Below, one piece after another: positions 7,556 through 16,466 of a stretch of DNA of 62,900 nucleotides (within the stretch, counting starts at the first letter, position 1; every line of letters begins with the position of its first letter). The DNA comes from a virus (lineage: Duplodnaviria > Heunggongvirae > Uroviricota > Caudoviricetes). Both the position numbers and the translations under genes were made by a program. The notes beneath the pieces are model-generated. The model was not told the origin of the DNA. It saw nothing but the letters and a program-made list of their open reading frames with translations, and searched no databases. Where the stretch lies: IMG/VR virus record IMGVR_UViG_3300001605_000009; one strand, given 5' to 3'.

Positions 7556-8708
7556 TCCAGCTCAACGATGGATAGCTCAAGATAACTCTGAGAGCCCTAG
7601 CCTAGAACCTGAGCGTACTTATGTATTCTACTATGAAGCTATAGAAATAGTGAACAGAGCTGTCAACATGATTGTTGATGACGCTGCAGAAATAAATTAT
7701 GCAATTGGTACCGAGAAGGTAGGGTTTCCTGCTGTAGCCGGTACTAAAAGAAAAACAGTTGATACACTAATAAACTATCAGCCAAATCCGTATCAGGACC
7801 TTAGTTCGTTTCGTAGAAATATGATAATGGACTTCCTACTAGACGGTAACATATTCCTATACTACGATGGAGTTCATCTCTACCACCTACCATCTAATAA
7901 GATGGTAGTGCACGCGTCAGAGACAACCTTCGTAGAAAAGTACGAATTCAATGGCTCTTTGGACTATTTTCCAAATGAGATCATTCATATAAAAGACAAC
8001 AACTCTCAGTCAATATACAGAGGAGCCTCTAGGCTTCGCCCAGCGACTCGCACCATGAAACTCATGAAGAATATGCGAGATTTCCAAGATAACTTCTTTA
8101 AGAATGGCGCCGTACCTGGACTCGTAATCGAGAGCCCAGATACTCTTAGTCCCCGCCTTAAAGAGAGAATGAAGGAAGACTGGAAGCAACAGTATAGACC
8201 TCAGTCTGGTGGCAGAAACCCAATGATTCTAGATGGTGGCATGAAGATTGCCAGTATCTCAGATGTCAGTTTCAAAGACCTAGACTTCGAGAACTCAATA
8301 GATTCTAATGAGAAAGTAATTCTAAAAGCTTTAGGAGTGCCCCCAGTACTAGTAGATAGCGGTAATAACGCCAATTTGCGCCCTAATCACAGGTTATATT
8401 ACCTAGAAACTATTCTGCCAATTATACAAAAGATAGGTTCAGCCTATCAGGCATTTTTTGGTTTTGAGGTATATGAGGATATTGCTGGCGTTCCGGCGCT
8501 ACAACCAGAATTAAGAGACGAGGCCGCATACTACTCAACACTAGTTAATGGTGGTATTATTTCACCAGATGAAGCCAGAGAGGGTATGGGTCGAGAGCCT
8601 ATTCCAGATGGATCTGGGGTTGATGTTCGTGTTCCAGTTAATGTTGCTGGTAGTGCAGCCAACCCTGGTGTAGGCGGAAAACCACCCGCCGGAGGTAACA
8701 ATGAGTAA
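7521..8708 (+). CDS. portal protein (HK97/T5 pb7-like)
   Basis: PNPYQ, LLDGN, EIIHIK, FFKNGAVPG, ALGVPP, YSTLVNGGIISPDEARE motifs. Confidence 0.92.
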   Translation: MKLRSWLVEKLNPAQRWIAQDNSESPSLEPERTYVFYYEAIEIVNRAVNMIVDDAAEINYAIGTEKVGFPAVAGTKRKTVDTLINYQPNPYQDLSSFRRNMIMDFLLDGNIFLYYDGVHLYHLPSNKMVVHASETTFVEKYEFNGSLDYFPNEIIHIKDNNSQSIYRGASRLRPATRTMKLMKNMRDFQDNFFKNGAVPGLVIESPDTLSPRLKERMKEDWKQQYRPQSGGRNPMILDGGMKIASISDVSFKDLDFENSIDSNEKVILKALGVPPVLVDSGNNANLRPNHRLYYLETILPIIQKIGSAYQAFFGFEVYEDIAGVPALQPELRDEAAYYSTLVNGGIISPDEAREGMGREPIPDGSGVDVRVPVNVAGSAANPGVGGKPPAGGNNE

Positions 8709-8940
8709 ACAACAAGTTATAAATTCACTGCGTGAATACTTCGCTGATAAGGGCAAGTTCATGACAGTAGAAGAGTACAAAGCAGCAGAGGACGCCCCTG
8801 TTAGGTTCCAGATCGTAAAACGAGTACTAGGAACCTGGACTAGAGTTAAGAACTCTGTTGGGGACATTCCAGTCAAAGAGGTAAAGAAGCCTGCTGAAAA
8901 GCCAGCACCTAAACCTACGGTAACAAAGAAAGATGGATGA
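8701..8940 (+). CDS. hypothetical protein
   Basis: 79 aa, Lys/Pro-rich tail; between portal and protease. Confidence 0.65.
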   Translation: MSKQQVINSLREYFADKGKFMTVEEYKAAEDAPVRFQIVKRVLGTWTRVKNSVGDIPVKEVKKPAEKPAPKPTVTKKDG

Positions 8941-10915
8941 GCTAGAAGAGAAGAATAAGATCTTTAAGTTAGACTCTACCATTAAGTCTATGGAAGAAGA
9001 CGGCGAGGGAGAGCTAGTAATAGTTGGATATGCCAGTACTTCTGCTACTGATAGATCTTCTGATAAGATTCTATCAACTGCTTGGACAAAGGGCGGACTT
9101 AAGAACTTTGAAAGAAACCCAATTCTATTATTTAACCACAACTACGATAAACCTATCGGAAAGGTGGTAGAGATGGGAACAGACTCTAAGGGCTTAAAGA
9201 TTAAGGGAATCATTAGTAAAAGTGCTGATGACGTCTATAATCTGGTTAAGGAAGGAGTTCTATCTACCTTTTCTGTTGGGTTCCTAATTAAGGATGCCGA
9301 CTACGATAAGAGTGTAGATGGACTTATAGTAAAGGACGCAGAGCTCCTAGAGGTATCAGTAGTATCTGTACCTTGCAACCAAGACGCTACGTTCTCTGTA
9401 GCTAAATCATTTGATAGTCAGGAAGATTATCAGTCATTCAAAAAACAATTCGAAACTGCTCATGGTAGTCAGCCCTCCGCTGAAACCGTAGAGGGCTCAT
9501 CAGATGGCGCAGAACCTGTGTCAAGGAAAATAAAAATGGACGAGAATACACAAGATTTTATCACTAAGGCAATCAATGACGCACTAGCTGCTAACCAGAA
9601 GGCTGCTGACGAAAAGGCAGAAGCCGTACGTGTTGCTAAGGCTACTGAAGAAGCATTTGAAACCCGCGTAGCTGCTGCTACTGCAAAGGTAGTTTCAACT
9701 TCAGAAGAAAGACTAGTTACTGAACTAGAAAAGCGTTTTAAGGATGAAAACTCATCACTAAGCGAAAAGCTTGAAGGTCTTCGTACAGAACTAGCTGAAA
9801 AGGCTGCTGAAATTACAGCAATCACAAACAGCAAGCGCGTATTCTCTGATCGTAACAACAACTCAGCAGAGTGGAAGAAGACTTTCGCTAATGATATGGA
9901 AAATGCGTATCTTCTAGCTCGCGTTACAAACAAGGGCTATAACACAGAATTTGCTAAGCAACTTATTGAAAAGGTAAACGCACACTCTTCAGTAACAGTT
10001 AGCTCAGCTGACTTCGAACAAGAAGTCTCAACAAGCATTGAACGCGATATCCAGAATGAACTAATTCTAGCTCCTATGTTCCGCGAAATTTCAATGAACG
10101 CAGCTAGCCTAATTCTACCAATCATGCCTGATTCAGGTTATGCTGAAATTATCTCAGCATCAGGATCAACAGATGGTGTTGCTCCTAATGGTACACTAGA
10201 TACACGCGGCGGAACACATCGTGGCGGTATTGCTCTAACAGAAATCGAGCTACGTACAATCAAGATGGTTGCTAAGAGCTACCTAGGAAACGAAACAGAA
10301 GAAGACGCAATTATGCCGATTCTTCCACTACTTCGTGAAGCTATGATTCGTCAGCACGCACGTGGTGTAGAAAACCTATTCCTACTTGGTGGACACCCAG
10401 ATGGTGCCTACGCATCAGTAACTGCAGCCCAAGGTCTTCTAAAGTATGCATCAACTAACTCACGTGATGTTACAGCAGCAGGAACTGCAACAGCTCTAAC
10501 AGCTGCTGCTCTTCTAGGCCTACGTAAGCAAATGGGTAAGTATGGTCTACGTGCTAACGACATTAGCTACATTGTATCACAGAAGTGCTACTTTGAACTA
10601 CTAGAAGATCCTGAGTTCCAGGACTTCAACCTAGTTAACCAAACAGCTACAAAGCTAACCGGTGAAGTAGGTCAGGTATTCGGATCATCAGTAATGGTTT
10701 GTGATGAATTCCCAGATCCAGCAGTTGGTAAGTACCACGCACTAGCAGTTAATACACGTAACTTTGTTATCCCACGTCAGCGTGGTGTAACAGTAGAAAG
10801 TGAATACAGCGTAGAAGCTCAGCACAGAGTTCTTGTTACTTCACAACGCCTAGGCTTTAAGGAAATCATCCCTAATGCTAAGTCAGTTGTAGGTCTTAAG
10901 TACGCAGCAGCTTAA
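8933..10915 (+). CDS. fused prohead protease plus major capsid protein (HK97 fold)
   Basis: N-terminal HK97-type protease (GYAST, LLFNH..DKPIG, FSVGF, LLEVSVVSVPCN), coiled-coil scaffold, then capsid domain; no stop between them. Confidence 0.92.
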   Translation: MDELEEKNKIFKLDSTIKSMEEDGEGELVIVGYASTSATDRSSDKILSTAWTKGGLKNFERNPILLFNHNYDKPIGKVVEMGTDSKGLKIKGIISKSADDVYNLVKEGVLSTFSVGFLIKDADYDKSVDGLIVKDAELLEVSVVSVPCNQDATFSVAKSFDSQEDYQSFKKQFETAHGSQPSAETVEGSSDGAEPVSRKIKMDENTQDFITKAINDALAANQKAADEKAEAVRVAKATEEAFETRVAAATAKVVSTSEERLVTELEKRFKDENSSLSEKLEGLRTELAEKAAEITAITNSKRVFSDRNNNSAEWKKTFANDMENAYLLARVTNKGYNTEFAKQLIEKVNAHSSVTVSSADFEQEVSTSIERDIQNELILAPMFREISMNAASLILPIMPDSGYAEIISASGSTDGVAPNGTLDTRGGTHRGGIALTEIELRTIKMVAKSYLGNETEEDAIMPILPLLREAMIRQHARGVENLFLLGGHPDGAYASVTAAQGLLKYASTNSRDVTAAGTATALTAAALLGLRKQMGKYGLRANDISYIVSQKCYFELLEDPEFQDFNLVNQTATKLTGEVGQVFGSSVMVCDEFPDPAVGKYHALAVNTRNFVIPRQRGVTVESEYSVEAQHRVLVTSQRLGFKEIIPNAKSVVGLKYAAA

Positions 10916-10925
10916 TATAATAGCC

Positions 10926-10958
10926 GAGAGGGGGTTGCTGCTATCAGCAGCCCCCTTT
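10926..10958 (+). terminator. intrinsic terminator after capsid gene
   Basis: GGGGGTTGCTG-CTAT-CAGCAGCCCCC-TTT hairpin. Confidence 0.75.
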
Positions 10959-10974
10959 CCTATTTGGAGAATTT

Positions 10975-11547
10975 ATGGTACAACCACTAGTAACCTTATC
11001 TGACTATAAGACATACAAGAAAATGTCAAAAACAGATACAGATCAAGAATTACAATTAATAGTAGACTCTGTAAATGCTCTAGTTAAAACCTATGTTGGA
11101 CATAGTATAATAGATTACTATACAACCCCTATTACAGAGACATTCAATATTAGAGATTCTCAAACTACAATACACTTAAATGAGTGGCCAGTGGTTCAAG
11201 TTACCAATATTGAAAGTAGAGTAACTTATTCAGATACTTATGAATCAATACCTAGTACTGAATATTACGTAGATGACTCCATAGACTGTGTCTTTAAGCA
11301 CGGCTCCTCTTATTGGCCTTCTGGCTACGGCGCGGTAAGAGTTACTTATAGAGCCGGATACCCAAGTACCCCAGAGGATATAAAAATAGCCTGTCTTGAT
11401 TTAGTTCATCACTACTTCAAAGAAGAGTACAAAGATAGAAAGCAGATAGGGACTTCCTCTATAGATAATTCCAATAAGTCAACCGCAGTAGGTAGCGAGT
11501 GGCCCTCACATATAAAAAGGGTCCTAGGTATGTATAGAAATGTCTAG
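10975..11547 (+). CDS. head-tail adaptor / head completion protein
   Basis: LVTL..YK.Y, VRVTYRAGY...PEDIK.A pattern of gp6-like adaptors; follows MCP. Confidence 0.85.
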   Translation: MVQPLVTLSDYKTYKKMSKTDTDQELQLIVDSVNALVKTYVGHSIIDYYTTPITETFNIRDSQTTIHLNEWPVVQVTNIESRVTYSDTYESIPSTEYYVDDSIDCVFKHGSSYWPSGYGAVRVTYRAGYPSTPEDIKIACLDLVHHYFKEEYKDRKQIGTSSIDNSNKSTAVGSEWPSHIKRVLGMYRNV

Positions 11548-12799
11548 TTCAGATCTTAGAAAGCTAGCTGAAGAGGCTAAGGCCATTCTTAAAAGCTCTC
11601 AGGAAACAAGAACAGCATACTATAATAAACAACCACATATCTACGTAGTAAATAGACAGTCCGTAATTAGGGAAGCATTAGTTCAAATAGGCAGAACTAG
11701 AGACTCTATTACTTCGGAAGAGCTAGAATTACTAACACAAGCAGTTACAGATTACTGTAAGAGACTACACGACGCCTTTACCCGTGAGTCTAAAGAGGGA
11801 TTTGTAGTTTTTGCTAAGAGTAAGATTAATTTCTACGTTACTATTAATACTGGTATTGACGCTTATAAGAAGATTTACAAGGTAAGAGTTAGTGAGGCTG
11901 GTGGACTACGTAAATTCACAAATGACCTGCATAGAATCTTCCCGGAGTCTAGAAAAGTCCATACGGTAGCTTTCGATGTAGGCCATGTGTCCGGAAGTAG
12001 TATAGCAGAGTTGAGTATTCAAGAGGCTCTAAAGAAATTCTCTAGTGTACCAAAGGTTACTGGAGCGGGCTCAAGACCTATTAATAGGGTTATCAGTCTT
12101 GCTATTAGGTCTCAAGAGTATGGCTCAGGAGAAAAGGCTTTCTCTATTACAGTAAGGGATGAATCTGCCGTAGAGAACCAGAGAAAAGGTCGAGAAGATG
12201 AAAAACTCTGGATTAAAGAAACAAGGGATGCACTAAATCAGCTTATTAAGGCTACAGACTGGGCCAATCAAAGAGGCTCACGATCAGCAGTAGAAGCTAT
12301 GGTATCCGAACTTCTAAGAACTAGTACCAAATCCGGTGGTAAGATTTTAGTTGGCAAGATTACAAAGAAAAGTGGCCCATCTAGTGTTAAGACCAAATTA
12401 ACAACTAGTACTAAGTCTTTACCTGCTAAGGAAATAACTATACCACTAACCTTCTCTGCACCAGAGAAAATAAGTACCGCGAACTGGATGCCCTTAATAG
12501 CTCTAATTAATAGTAAACTACCAGAAAGGGTGGCCAGTAATATGAGTGCCCCCGGGTTAGTTAATAGAACTGGTAGATTCGCACAAAGTTCTCGACTACT
12601 AAATATAGAAACTACTAGAGAAGGCTACCCTAGCTTAGTTTTTGACTATCAAAGAGATCCATACGATGTGTTCGACAAGATAAAAGGAGCATCTCCTTGG
12701 AATACTCCAGAGAGAGACCCTAGAACCTTGGTAGATAGATCTGTTAGAGAAATAGCCAAAGAGTTAGCTATAGGTAGATTTTACACAAGGAGAGCTTAA
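11540..12799 (+). CDS. neck/tail completion protein (T5 p143-like C-terminus)
   Basis: LVNRTGRFA, YQRDPY.VF, RDPR.L..S.REIA at the C-terminus; synteny. Confidence 0.6.
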   Translation: MSSSDLRKLAEEAKAILKSSQETRTAYYNKQPHIYVVNRQSVIREALVQIGRTRDSITSEELELLTQAVTDYCKRLHDAFTRESKEGFVVFAKSKINFYVTINTGIDAYKKIYKVRVSEAGGLRKFTNDLHRIFPESRKVHTVAFDVGHVSGSSIAELSIQEALKKFSSVPKVTGAGSRPINRVISLAIRSQEYGSGEKAFSITVRDESAVENQRKGREDEKLWIKETRDALNQLIKATDWANQRGSRSAVEAMVSELLRTSTKSGGKILVGKITKKSGPSSVKTKLTTSTKSLPAKEITIPLTFSAPEKISTANWMPLIALINSKLPERVASNMSAPGLVNRTGRFAQSSRLLNIETTREGYPSLVFDYQRDPYDVFDKIKGASPWNTPERDPRTLVDRSVREIAKELAIGRFYTRRA

Positions 12800-13248
12800 T
12801 GTCACTGAATAGGACACGTAGAAGTACAATAGTAGAGGCTCTAGTAGATAAATTAAAAACCATAAGTCTTTCTAACGGATTCTCAACGGACCTTGGAGAG
12901 CAGGTATACCCCAGAATGAGATTCTGGGATGAAATTCAAGAATTTCCTTGCGTTTGTTTAGTAGCAGGATCAGAGTCTATAGTTCATCAGGCGGCTGGTC
13001 TGAAAGATAGGTACTTAGATATTACACTACGAGCATACGTAAATGAAGAAGACTCGACTATGGCCCTTGAGAAATTACTGGAAGACGTCGAATTAATCAT
13101 AGACAGAAATGGCAGGTTGGCATACGTCGACTCTTCCGGTAATACTGGCTCCACTAGAGACATTATTATAACACACATAGACACAGATCAGGGAGCCCTA
13201 GCACCACTCGGAGTTGGAGAAGTAACCCTACAGGTAAAGTACGCGTAG
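12799..13248 (+). CDS. tail terminator protein
   Basis: FWDEIQEFP.VC, LEKLLEDVE, I.TD.G.LAPLGVGE; just before the tail tube gene. Confidence 0.75.
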   Translation: MSLNRTRRSTIVEALVDKLKTISLSNGFSTDLGEQVYPRMRFWDEIQEFPCVCLVAGSESIVHQAAGLKDRYLDITLRAYVNEEDSTMALEKLLEDVELIIDRNGRLAYVDSSGNTGSTRDIIITHIDTDQGALAPLGVGEVTLQVKYA

Positions 13249-13266
13249 TACTTAGGAGATAAATAA

Positions 13267-14658
13267 ATGCCAGTAGCTTCAGGCACATCAAACCTATTCT
13301 TCAGTAGAGATACTAAAGTTTACATTAAGCAGGGAACAAATATCTGGGAAGTACCAGTACTTAACGGATACTCATTCTCACAGTCAACTAACGCAAGTAC
13401 CATTACTCTAAACGAAATGAGTGACGCTACTGGTAAGAGCCGTCGTGGACAAAGAGTGTTTACAGACTCACTATCACCAGCTGAGTGGAGTTTTGATTCA
13501 TATGTTAGACCAGTTCTAGTAAGCAGCAAGCAGCGCTCAACAGACGAGGTACTGTGGGCCTCTCTAGTTAATAGCAATGAGTACAACCCAACTCTAGCAA
13601 CTACTGGTATTACCATTACTGGTACTCCTACAATCAGCACTGGTATTCTGACTATTGCTTTTGGTTCTACCACTCCTGTACCATTCAAGACAAATGACGT
13701 AGTAGTTCTATCTGGACTTAGCGCCGGAACTGGTGGTGCTATTACAACTGGTACTATTGTAACTTGCACTACAACTACTGCTACTATTAATATTGGTACT
13801 TCCTTCTCTGGCGTTGTTACACCAACTACACCAACCATCAAGCCAGAGAGCTACGTATCAACAACTACTGAACTAGACTTCAGCTTTAGCAGCTCAAATA
13901 CTACCACTCTTGGTACCTTTGAGCTATACTTTGTACTTGGTGGTAATCAGATTACAACAGGTAACTATATCAATGATGGTGATACCACAATCTATCAGCT
14001 TCAGGAATGCTCAGTTAACGAAGTAACTATTAACTTTGAAATTGACGGTATCGCTACCTTATCTTGGTCAGGTATGGGTAAGACAATCACTGAAATCGAT
14101 ACGTTCGATGCAAGTGCGGCCATTCTTACAGGGTTTAAAAATGGTGGTAACCTTATCACTAATAACCTAATCCGTAACCGTCTAACGGCTCTAAGTGCAG
14201 TGAGTACTTCACCTACTGCTACAACATACGCTCTAGCTATCACTGGAGGAAGCATCACTATTAGTAATAATATGACCTTCCTAACTCCAGAGACACTGGG
14301 TGTTGTTAACCAGCCACTAGGTCACGTTACTGGTACCAGGTCTATCTCTGGGTCATTTACTACATACCTAGACGAGGCAACTAACGGAAGCATCGATCTG
14401 TATAAGAACCTAGTAACTGCTACTTCAACTATTACTAACAGCTTTGCGCTACAGTTCTTCGTTGGAGGTAGAAATACTGCAGGTACCCATCCAGTTGGTC
14501 CAGGACTACTTCTAGATATGGGACAGTGCCATCTAGAAATTCCTACAATCAACAACGATGACGTTATTGCTCTTGAAGTTAACTTTACGGCGCTACCATC
14601 AAATATCAGTGGTGCCGATGAAATTAACAAGATTAGATATGTAGGTATTGCACCTTAA
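13267..14658 (+). CDS. major tail tube protein (T5 pb6-like)
   Basis: LFFSRDTKVY, SFSQSTN, FTDSLSPAEWSF, FEIDGIATL.WSG, SG..T.YL motifs. Confidence 0.88.
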   Translation: MPVASGTSNLFFSRDTKVYIKQGTNIWEVPVLNGYSFSQSTNASTITLNEMSDATGKSRRGQRVFTDSLSPAEWSFDSYVRPVLVSSKQRSTDEVLWASLVNSNEYNPTLATTGITITGTPTISTGILTIAFGSTTPVPFKTNDVVVLSGLSAGTGGAITTGTIVTCTTTTATINIGTSFSGVVTPTTPTIKPESYVSTTTELDFSFSSSNTTTLGTFELYFVLGGNQITTGNYINDGDTTIYQLQECSVNEVTINFEIDGIATLSWSGMGKTITEIDTFDASAAILTGFKNGGNLITNNLIRNRLTALSAVSTSPTATTYALAITGGSITISNNMTFLTPETLGVVNQPLGHVTGTRSISGSFTTYLDEATNGSIDLYKNLVTATSTITNSFALQFFVGGRNTAGTHPVGPGLLLDMGQCHLEIPTINNDDVIALEVNFTALPSNISGADEINKIRYVGIAP

Positions 14659-14678
14659 TAGCTAGAAAAAAATAGTTC

Positions 14679-14707
14679 TTGACTTTTAGAACCACACGAT
14701 CTATAAT
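14679..14707 (+). promoter_or_regulatory. sigma70-like promoter
   Basis: AAAATAGTTC-TTGACT-17 nt-TATAAT. Confidence 0.8.
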
Positions 14708-14718
14708 TATAGAAATTC

Positions 14719-14750
14719 GGGGGAGCAGAAGAAATTTTGCTCCCCCTTTG
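14719..14750 (+). terminator. GC-rich hairpin (terminator-like)
   Basis: GGGGGAGCAG-AAGAAAT-TTTGCTCCCCC-TTTG. Confidence 0.55.
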
Positions 14751-14758
14751 TGTAACAT

Positions 14759-15673
14759 ATGTACAACCTTAAAAGAAACACAAAACTGTATATCGTTGAG
14801 TTAAATGGGGCTGGAGCGGCTACAAATAAACATCAGATAGAGATATACTCAGATATTACTGCTTCTCAGACTTTTGATGAGCAAAGCTATAAAAGAAAAA
14901 CGCTCCACACTCAACTAGATCTACATGAACATGCAGTAATAAGTAAGGCTAACCCAGCTAATTTTTCTTTTACCACCCCACTACTAAGTATCGCTACTGT
15001 ACCTATAGTACTGACTCTAGGCAGGGAATACTCTACTGGTACGCTAGTACCTTTTGATATTTACTTAGAGACAGATACAGTAGTGTATAAGTTAGAAAAG
15101 TCAATTATTGAGACTATTACTTTTAATATTACTAAAGAAGCTATTATAACGCTGTCAGTTTCTGGTACTGGCGCAAAGTTATCTAAGTTCGGTAATGTTG
15201 GATCTGTAACAATTCCAGGAACTACATTCAGTGTTGGTGCAAAACAGTATACTTATGCCAATAGACTAGACTGTACTATAGGTGGTACAGCGCTCAGTAG
15301 TATAGCGGCATTAAACGTAGATCTTAAAAATGATGTAGAGTGGCTAACTAGTACTACTATACAGGGAACCCTGTCTGGCACTACTTCTTATCCACAAACG
15401 TACGTTCTGCAAAACAGGTCTATTTATGGTTCCGTTACCCAATTTCTAACAACAGAGAATATAGATAACTTATCGGATACCAGCGTATCAAGCACACTTG
15501 TGCTGGACGTATATAGTACCTCTTATTCAACGTCTTTACCTATCTTAAAATTCAATCTACCGTCTGTAGTGTTTACTAGACGAATTGGGTTTGATGATAT
15601 TATTAACCGGGTCTATGATTATAGACTTAATACTAACACAATAACTGTAAAACCACTTTACAAAGGAGTATAA
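14759..15673 (+). CDS. minor/baseplate tail tube protein (T5 p140-like)
   Basis: tube-protein-like composition, NPANFSFT; position after the major tail gene as in T5. Confidence 0.65.
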   Translation: MYNLKRNTKLYIVELNGAGAATNKHQIEIYSDITASQTFDEQSYKRKTLHTQLDLHEHAVISKANPANFSFTTPLLSIATVPIVLTLGREYSTGTLVPFDIYLETDTVVYKLEKSIIETITFNITKEAIITLSVSGTGAKLSKFGNVGSVTIPGTTFSVGAKQYTYANRLDCTIGGTALSSIAALNVDLKNDVEWLTSTTIQGTLSGTTSYPQTYVLQNRSIYGSVTQFLTTENIDNLSDTSVSSTLVLDVYSTSYSTSLPILKFNLPSVVFTRRIGFDDIINRVYDYRLNTNTITVKPLYKGV

Positions 15674-16120
15674 ATGAATTTAAGTGAACTAATGGTCGAT
15701 ACACGATCAGCATGGGTAGAATACCCAGCTTATGAAGGATTTGAAGTAGAACTAGTAAATCTTTCACGACCAGAACTAACTTCGCTACGTAAGCGTTGTA
15801 TTACTACTAAGTTTGATAAGAATACAAGAAAGCCAGTAGAAGAGCTAAACGAAGAAAAGTTCGTAGCAGAATTTACTAAGGCTACAGTTAAGAATTGGAG
15901 AGGGTTTAAGCTCAAGTTTCTAGAAGACTTCATGCTAGTGGACCTATCTAATGTAGACCCTGAGACTGAACTTCCATATAGTCAAGAGGACGCCAAGTTG
16001 TTAATTACTCGCTCAGCTGAGTTTGATACTTGGGTTAATGATACGGTGTTCGACTTAGATAATTTTCGTACAGGAACAAAAACAGCTCCTGTGGAAAAGA
16101 CTGGAAAAGTGGCAGAATAA
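15674..16120 (+). CDS. tail assembly chaperone (gpG analogue)
   Basis: acidic 148 aa, ends DLDNFR; between tube genes and tape measure. Confidence 0.75.
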   Translation: MNLSELMVDTRSAWVEYPAYEGFEVELVNLSRPELTSLRKRCITTKFDKNTRKPVEELNEEKFVAEFTKATVKNWRGFKLKFLEDFMLVDLSNVDPETELPYSQEDAKLLITRSAEFDTWVNDTVFDLDNFRTGTKTAPVEKTGKVAE

Positions 16121-16466
16121 CTTTGACGTCGGAATGACGAAGGATAAATACCTGGCTATCTGTGAGCAGATGGGCCAGGAACCTTCTGAAAATAAGTGTC
16201 CTCCAGACTTTGACGATATGCCCGTGCCAGTTCAGCAAGCTATAGAAGTATTCAATAAGCTTGGTGACAGAGTATTTCCTGACATAGGATATATGGGAAA
16301 AGACTTTACTAGTCTTGATCTTCATATGGAAGTAATTGGTGTAGAAAATAAGGAAATATTCCTAGAGACTTTAGTCCGGCTCGACGCTTCTATGATAAAG
16401 CGGTCGGCTGACCAAATGAAAAAAGCGCGGGATTCCGTTAAACAAAAGGGACATGGCAGACAATAA
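16068..16466 (+). CDS. tail assembly chaperone C-terminal extension (gpT analogue), +1 frame
   Basis: frame open from 16059 (after TAG 16056-58); the track's ATG at 16134 may be internal; CEQMG.EP motif. Confidence 0.7.
   Translation, partial: VQEQKQLLWKRLEKWQNNFDVGMTKDKYLAICEQMGQEPSENKCPPDFDDMPVPVQQAIEVFNKLGDRVFPDIGYMGKDFTSLDLHMEVIGVENKEIFLETLVRLDASMIKRSADQMKKARDSVKQKGHGRQ

Noticed and set aside
9469-10125. Long antisense ORFs under the capsid gene (also 13320-13841, 17094-17453, 20493-21041, 30825-31169, 57198-60722)
   Set aside because: Shadow ORFs expected from strong sense-strand codon bias; no RBS; Ser/Ala/Val-rich mirror composition
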